This document shows, in pieces, positions 59,129-64,000 of a DNA stretch of 64,000 nt. The stretch is from an uncultured Lachnospiraceae bacterium. Lineage in GTDB: Bacteria; Bacillota; Clostridia; Christensenellales; UBA1242. The stretch spans positions 25,310 to 89,309 of the forward strand of contig CAZYDU010000003.1 in NCBI GenBank assembly GCA_964646345.1. Reading direction: 5' to 3'. The notes under the pieces are model-generated. The model worked only from the letters and a program-made list of their open reading frames with translations, did not search any database and was not told where the DNA came from. Position numbers and translations under genes: made by a program. Position 1 is the stretch's first letter. Each line of letters starts with the position of its first letter.

Positions 59129-60271
59129 ATGTATTTAGCTTTATACAGAAAATATCGTCCGCAAAATTTTAGCGATGTAGTTGGACAAAATCATATTGTA
59201 AAAACCCTTGTGAACCAAATCAAATTTGACAAAATTTCCCATGCTTATTTATTTACTGGCAGTCGTGGAACGGGAAAAACTAGTATCGCAAAGATATTTG
59301 CAAGAGCGATTAATTGCACAAATTTAAACGAAGATGGTTCGCCTTGTGGAGAGTGTGAAACATGCAAAGCTTTGCAAGGAACAAGTATTGATGTTTTGGA
59401 AATTGATGCGGCTTCTAATAATGGTGTTGATGAAATTCGTGATTTGCGTGAAAAAGTTAAATATCCACCAGTAGTTGGAAAATATAAGGTATACATCATT
59501 GATGAAGTTCATATGCTTTCAATTAGTGCATTCAATGCACTTTTGAAAACACTTGAAGAACCACCAACAAACACAGTGTTTATTTTGGCAACAACCGAAG
59601 TTCACAAACTTCCAGCAACGATTCTTTCAAGATGTTTGAGATTTGACTTTAAACTTGTGTCTCTCGAAGATTTAACTGGATTATTAAGAAAAGTTTTAAC
59701 AAATGAAAAAGTGAAATTTGAAGAAAGTGCAATTAATGTTATTGCTAGAGCTGGAGAAGGTAGTGTTCGTGACACACTTTCAATAGCTGACAGATGTGTG
59801 TCTTTTGCTGGCGATGAGTTAACATATAAAAAAGTAATTGAAGTATTGGGTGTTTCGCAAAGAGAAACACTTATTAAAATGACGGATTTGATTTTAAATA
59901 GAGATATTGGTAATGCTTTAAGTGAAATTGACAATGTGCTTTCAAGCGGAAAAAGTCCTTTGGTTTTTTCAAATGATATGATTTCGTATTTTAGGGATTT
60001 ATTGTTGATTTATAGTTTAAAAGAAAAGGCGAGAGAAATTGTTGTTGTAAAAGACGATATTTATGAGCTTATGAAAATGCAGGCAACAGAAGAACATTAT
60101 GTTGAGATTTTAAAATCAATCGAAATTTTGAGTGGTGTTGAACAAGAACTTAGATATAGTGCACAACCTAGAATAGTTTTAGAGACTGCTATAATCAAAA
60201 TAATAAATGATAGTTCAATAGAAAGAAGAATTGAAAAAATCGAAGAAGCTTTAAAGAAATTTCCCAGCTAA
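59129..60271 (+). CDS. dnaX: DNA polymerase III gamma-like product of dnaX (domains I-III only)
   Basis: YRKYRPQNFSDVVGQ, GSRGTGKTS, zinc module CGECETC, IIDEVHML and SRC motifs. It stops after about 380 aa. Confidence 0.9.
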   Translation: MYLALYRKYRPQNFSDVVGQNHIVKTLVNQIKFDKISHAYLFTGSRGTGKTSIAKIFARAINCTNLNEDGSPCGECETCKALQGTSIDVLEIDAASNNGVDEIRDLREKVKYPPVVGKYKVYIIDEVHMLSISAFNALLKTLEEPPTNTVFILATTEVHKLPATILSRCLRFDFKLVSLEDLTGLLRKVLTNEKVKFEESAINVIARAGEGSVRDTLSIADRCVSFAGDELTYKKVIEVLGVSQRETLIKMTDLILNRDIGNALSEIDNVLSSGKSPLVFSNDMISYFRDLLLIYSLKEKAREIVVVKDDIYELMKMQATEEHYVEILKSIEILSGVEQELRYSAQPRIVLETAIIKIINDSSIERRIEKIEEALKKFPS

Positions 60272-60293
60272 AAGCTCAAGTTTAAATAATTCA

Positions 60294-60707
60294 GTGTATA
60301 AAGATTTAGATGAAATATCGCTAAAAACTGAAGAAAATAAAAATAACAAAGCATTGGAGTTGAAACCGGTTGAAGAAAAAACCATTGAATTTGACAAAAA
60401 TGAAAAAGCAACAACCGAAGATTTGATATTAGGAGAACTTTTGAGTTGGTTGAGAGAGAATAAACAAATGTCAACTCTCATGATTTGTCGTCAAATTGAT
60501 AATATCAAGGTTGAAAATTTCACTGTTGAATTAGATTCTAAGCGAATAAATTTAAGAGAACTCGTGGAGAATGAAAAACACAAAGTTGAGCTTGATAAGT
60601 TTTTTAAGTTAAAGGGCTTGAGCTATAAAATTAAGGAAATTGTAAAAGAATATAATCCACTAGATTCTTTAAAAGAATTTTTTGGAGATAAATTAATTAT
60701 TAAGTAA
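60294..60707 (+). CDS. dnaX: DnaX (tau) C-terminal domain encoded as a separate +1-frame ORF (open from 60255)
   Basis: The ending PLDSLKEFFGDKLIIK parallels the B. subtilis DnaX C-terminus (as recalled) ...PLIAEAKRLFGEELIEIKE, and the ILGELLSWL block fits the W..IL block. The only start is a GTG without an SD, so independent initiation is doubtful. Confidence 0.6.
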   Translation: MYKDLDEISLKTEENKNNKALELKPVEEKTIEFDKNEKATTEDLILGELLSWLRENKQMSTLMICRQIDNIKVENFTVELDSKRINLRELVENEKHKVELDKFFKLKGLSYKIKEIVKEYNPLDSLKEFFGDKLIIK

Positions 60708-60740
60708 AAATCAAAAATTAATAGAAAAGGAGATATAATT

Positions 60741-61070
60741 ATGGCAAATAAATTTGGTGGTTTTGGTGGTTTTGGTGGCGGAAATATGCAAGCAATGATG
60801 CGTCAAGCACAAAAAATGCAACAAGATGCAATGAAAGCAAAGGAAGAACTTGATAACACAGTTTATGAAGGAACTGCAAGCGGAGAAATGGTAAAGGTTG
60901 AAATTAATGGTGCATTTGAAATGCAAAGTGTAAAAATCAATCCAGCGGTTGTTGATCCTGACGATATAGAAATGCTTGAAGACTTGATTGTTGCAGCCTA
61001 TAATGATGCAAAGAGCAAGGCGGATAGTGATAAGTCTAGCAAAATGGGTGCATTTGGGGGTCTCATTTAG
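60741..61070 (+). CDS. ybaB: Nucleoid-associated protein YbaB/EbfC
   Basis: 109 aa, MMRQAQKMQQDAMKAKEEL...GEMVKVEINGAFE; dnaX-ybaB-recR synteny. Confidence 0.92.
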   Translation: MANKFGGFGGFGGGNMQAMMRQAQKMQQDAMKAKEELDNTVYEGTASGEMVKVEINGAFEMQSVKINPAVVDPDDIEMLEDLIVAAYNDAKSKADSDKSSKMGAFGGLI

Positions 61071-61666
61071 TGGATATTAATCAGATAGAACCGATAGCAA
61101 GGCTTGTTAATGAGTTCTCAAAGCTTCCAAGTGTCGGAAAGAAAACAGCAGAAAGATATGCTTATTCTATTATTAAAGCAAGTGATGAACAGGCTAAAAA
61201 CTTCGCAGATGCAATTATAAACATAAAAGCAAAAATTAAATTTTGTGAAGTTTGTGGAAACTACACCGAAACATCGCCTTGTTCAATTTGTAGAACTAGA
61301 GCATCAAAAGTGATTTGTGTTGTGAAAGAGCCAAAAGATGCTATTGCTATTGAAAAAACAGGTTCATTTAAAGGACAATATCATATCTTACATGGCACAA
61401 TTAATCCACTTGCTGGCGTTGGTCCAAATGATATTCGTTTAAAAGAATTGCTAGCAAGGGTTAGTGATGATGGAACAAGTGAAGTTATCATTGCAACAAA
61501 TCCTGATGTTGAAGGCGAAGCAACGGCAATGTATATTTCAAAACTTTTAAAACCGCTTGATATAAAAGTAACAAGAATTGCTCAAGGTATTTCCATGGGA
61601 AGCGAACTTGAGTATGCCGATGAAGTTACTTTATCAAAAGCGTTATCAGACAGAAAAGAAATGTAA
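61070..61666 (+). CDS. recR: Recombination protein RecR
   Basis: LPSVGKKTAERYA HhH, zinc finger CEVCGNYTETSPCSIC, and Toprim ATNPDVEGEATAMY. GTG start overlaps the ybaB stop. Confidence 0.95.
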   Translation: MDINQIEPIARLVNEFSKLPSVGKKTAERYAYSIIKASDEQAKNFADAIINIKAKIKFCEVCGNYTETSPCSICRTRASKVICVVKEPKDAIAIEKTGSFKGQYHILHGTINPLAGVGPNDIRLKELLARVSDDGTSEVIIATNPDVEGEATAMYISKLLKPLDIKVTRIAQGISMGSELEYADEVTLSKALSDRKEM

Positions 61667-61682
61667 TTACATTTCTTTTTTA
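61657..61682 (+). terminator. Putative intrinsic terminator overlapping the recR stop
   Basis: Palindrome agaaatgta-at-tacatttct followed by TTTTTT. Confidence 0.55.
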
Positions 61683-61698
61683 TAAAAAGGAGCGAGTT

Positions 61699-63423
61699 AT
61701 GGAATTTAAATATAAAATGAGTTTAAAAGAACTTAGGAAAAGGACATCTAAAACACGTTATAGAAAAATCGAGTTTTTAAAAAGAGAAGATAAAGAAGTT
61801 CAAGAATTATCAAATGACGATTTAATGGTTTTGTGCCATTTGACTCGCGCTGCTTATGAAATTGAAAATATTCATTTTTCACTTGAAAATGTAAAAAATC
61901 ACCAAATTTTGGCTTTTTTAAACAAACAAAGTGTAAAAAATGACAAAAAGGCGATTTTGGCAAAAAAGATGTTTTTATCACAAAAAAGTAATTTTTCTCC
62001 TGATATGGAAGGTAATAAAACTGCTCTTTTTGATGGCGTAAACAAAACATTGGGAATGGGATATTTTCCAGAAGATTTGACTGTTGAAAAATTCCACGAG
62101 ATTTTGTCGCGAATGATAGATAACTCAGAAGTTCAAGAAGTGCAAGAAATTTTAAACCAACGTTCAATTGTTAAATGGGATGGTGATAAACTCAAGGCGA
62201 TTGATTTTGTTGATGCCTTTAGTGACGAATTTAAAATTGTTACAAATGAATTAAGGCAAGCAAAACAATATTCGACTGACGAAAAGTTCAATAAATACTT
62301 AGATTTGCAAATTAAAGCTCTTGAGAAAGCTGACCCTATGCTTGATGCTTATGCAGACAAGGCTTGGGCTGAACTTGACGAAGACACGAAATTTGAGTTT
62401 ACTATCACAAGAGAAAAGTATGATGAAAGATTAACAAAAACAATTTTTGATAATTTGGAATTAACTAAAAAAATTCAAGAAGCTGGTGTTAAAATTTATT
62501 CGAAAGATAGTTTAGGTGCAAGGGTTGGACTTGTTAATAAAAAAGGCACTGAGCTTTTGAATAAACTCAAAAGTTTGGTTGATATCGCTGCTAAATTTAT
62601 GCCATATAAAGAATTGTATGAAAATAAAAAATCGTCAAAGGTTAAACAAATTGCCGTTGATGTTGATTTAATTGCCTTGGTTGGTGATGAAGGTGCTTAT
62701 CAAGCCAGTTTTGTTACCGCTCAAAATTTGCCAAATAGTGATAAACTTGCGTTTTCTATCGGTGGTGGCAATAGAAATGTTTACCACAGACAAGTTAGAA
62801 AATCGGGAAACAAGAAAAATTACAAAAAACTTATTGCTCAAGAATTTTGCAAATTTTACAATCCTGAAGCTGACCACTGGGCTGTAATTTGCCATGAAAA
62901 TACTCATTCTCTTGGTCCAAATTCGAATACGCTCGGAAAGTATAGTTCAATTTTAGAAGAGTATAAGGCGGATATGGGCATGTATGCATTTTTAGATGAG
63001 TTTGTTCAAGAAAAATGCTTTACAGATTTTGAAACAAAACAGATGATGGTTACGGGCTTGTTTAGAAACTTTATGAAGGGTAAACCAGTGCTTGCTCAAG
63101 CTCATAAAACCAGGTCGGTAATGATTTGCAATCGTATGCTTACCGAAAACGCAATAACCTTGGATGAAAATAACAAAATGCATTTTGATTTTGATAAGAT
63201 AAAATCGCTCACAAAAACTATGCTTGCTGAAGTTGTGAAACTTCAAATTGCCGGCGATGTGAAGCAAGCAGAAGAGTATGTTCAAAAATGGTTTGTTTGG
63301 TCAGAAGAAATTGAAAAAATTGCGACAGTTATCCGTTCTTACAATAAATATTTAAACGGTTATGTTGACGATAGTTTGGCTCAAGAATTTTTAAATCCAA
63401 ATTTTGAAAACACTCTTATTTAA
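61699..63423 (+). CDS. Zinc metallopeptidase, DPP-III-like (M49-like) with a pentapeptide HExxH motif
   Basis: VICHENTHSLGP (HExxH), followed about 25 aa later by LEEYKADMG (EExxAD second zinc motif). The family assignment is from memory of M49 variants. Confidence 0.5.
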   Translation: MEFKYKMSLKELRKRTSKTRYRKIEFLKREDKEVQELSNDDLMVLCHLTRAAYEIENIHFSLENVKNHQILAFLNKQSVKNDKKAILAKKMFLSQKSNFSPDMEGNKTALFDGVNKTLGMGYFPEDLTVEKFHEILSRMIDNSEVQEVQEILNQRSIVKWDGDKLKAIDFVDAFSDEFKIVTNELRQAKQYSTDEKFNKYLDLQIKALEKADPMLDAYADKAWAELDEDTKFEFTITREKYDERLTKTIFDNLELTKKIQEAGVKIYSKDSLGARVGLVNKKGTELLNKLKSLVDIAAKFMPYKELYENKKSSKVKQIAVDVDLIALVGDEGAYQASFVTAQNLPNSDKLAFSIGGGNRNVYHRQVRKSGNKKNYKKLIAQEFCKFYNPEADHWAVICHENTHSLGPNSNTLGKYSSILEEYKADMGMYAFLDEFVQEKCFTDFETKQMMVTGLFRNFMKGKPVLAQAHKTRSVMICNRMLTENAITLDENNKMHFDFDKIKSLTKTMLAEVVKLQIAGDVKQAEEYVQKWFVWSEEIEKIATVIRSYNKYLNGYVDDSLAQEFLNPNFENTLI

Positions 63424-63673
63424 GTGTTTTATGTTTAGATTTTATAAAACGTTTTAAATTACGTTCAATAGATTTTGTTTGTGATGCATATAGTGCAACA
63501 CGTTCTTCAGAATTGTCCATATTATTATTCTTTGCAAGAATTGAAAATTAATACAAGTTTTAAAATTATTGGTATTTTTCTGGGATTTTTGGATATTTTT
63601 GCGTTTTATAATATTTTATATGGAGCTTTGAATGAAAGTTAATGTTAAAATTTGAATTTATTGTCGAATAAAA

Positions 63674-63702
63674 TTGACAAAACATAAAAATTTAAGTATA
63701 TT
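63674..63702 (+). promoter_or_regulatory. Putative promoter
   Basis: TTGACA, then 17 nt, then TATATT; an AAGGAG RBS and the ATG at 63723 follow. Confidence 0.5.
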
Positions 63703-63722
63703 GAAATTAAGGAGAAAAGATT

Positions 63723-64000
63723 ATGGTAGATAATAGTAAAGAAGTTAGAAAACAAATTTTAGACTGTATTGGCTGTATTGCTGCAGTAATCACAATTTTG
63801 GCATACCTGGTTTTATGCATTCATTCACAATGGGCATTCATTGATGAAACAACACTTGTTTTCAAGATTTTGTTAATCATTAAAACATGGGCACCGTTAA
63901 TTGTTGTTGGAATTGTTGGTTGGGAATTTGTTGCAGACAAGGGTTTGCTTTGGAGAATTGTTTTCTATGTAGCAGTTGGTTTGATTGTTATTTGTATGTT
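63723..64000 (+). CDS. Small membrane protein, 5' part (runs off window end)
   Basis: Hand translation MVDNSKEVRKQILDCIGCIAAVITILAYLVLC...WAPLIVVGIVGWEF...VAVGLIVICM is open to the window end. Strong AAGGAG RBS. Confidence 0.7.
   Translation, partial: MVDNSKEVRKQILDCIGCIAAVITILAYLVLCIHSQWAFIDETTLVFKILLIIKTWAPLIVVGIVGWEFVADKGLLWRIVFYVAVGLIVICM

Noticed and set aside
63416-63520. 34-aa minus-strand ORF (MDNSEERVALYASQTKSIERNLKRFIKSKHKTLK) overlapping the 3' end of the peptidase gene
   Set aside because: It has a weak RBS, overlaps a convergent gene, shows no recognisable motif and has no terminator. It is most likely a chance ORF.
1-64000. Scanned for CRISPR arrays, tRNA/rRNA genes, transposases/integrases, toxin-antitoxin pairs and classical defence genes
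   Set aside because: I saw no direct-repeat/spacer arrays, no cloverleaf-like or rRNA-like GC-rich islands in intergenic regions, and no recombinase or nuclease/ATPase defence-type ORFs. The window appears to be core chromosome.

Overview
Low-GC (about 30% by eye) chromosomal segment that looks like a Bacillota (Firmicutes)-type organism using the standard code. It is almost entirely housekeeping or accessory-metabolic, and I found no rRNA, tRNA, CRISPR, transposase, integrase or prophage signal. All family calls come from motifs I recognise by eye; no searches were run. Gene blocks: (1) 1-7.7 kb, a surface-glycan locus (GT4 x3, LicD, PIG-L deacetylase, Wzy-like/GT2 fusion, and a FemAB/GNAT-like gene split at a G7 tract), translationally coupled to tex. 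(2) 10.3-13.5 kb, a sugar nucleotidyltransferase and two tandem 350-aa paralogs of unknown function, each apparently on a leaderless mRNA. (3) 13.5-23.1 kb, a glycogen operon (malQ-glgB-glgA-glgP-GH13) with no glgC/glgD. Its GlgB carries a C-terminal tail of five near-identical AT-hook (RGRPRK) repeats encoded by a 57-bp tandem array. (4) leuS, VanW-like, cca, and a heterodimeric ABC exporter. (5) parA-parB followed by a 640-bp non-coding region with six parS palindromes (TGTTTCACGTGAAACA), then cvpA, ftsH, ychF and uppP. (6) An ABC-exporter homolog with every ATPase motif degenerate, followed by a 31-aa Cys-rich ORF. (7) comEB, a giant CvpA-like membrane protein, a nucleoside hydrolase, a protein with a divergent diadenylate-cyclase-like domain lacking the RHR motif, and gpmI. 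(8) S1 protease, gltX, HD hydrolase and amidase, then mrnC-rlmB-sigH-dnaX-ybaB-recR (Bacillus-like synteny) with dnaX split into a gamma-like ORF and a separate tau C-terminal ORF in the +1 frame. Most noteworthy: the GlgB AT-hook fusion, the parS cluster, the leaderless paralog pair, the DAC-like protein, the split dnaX and the poly-G switch.
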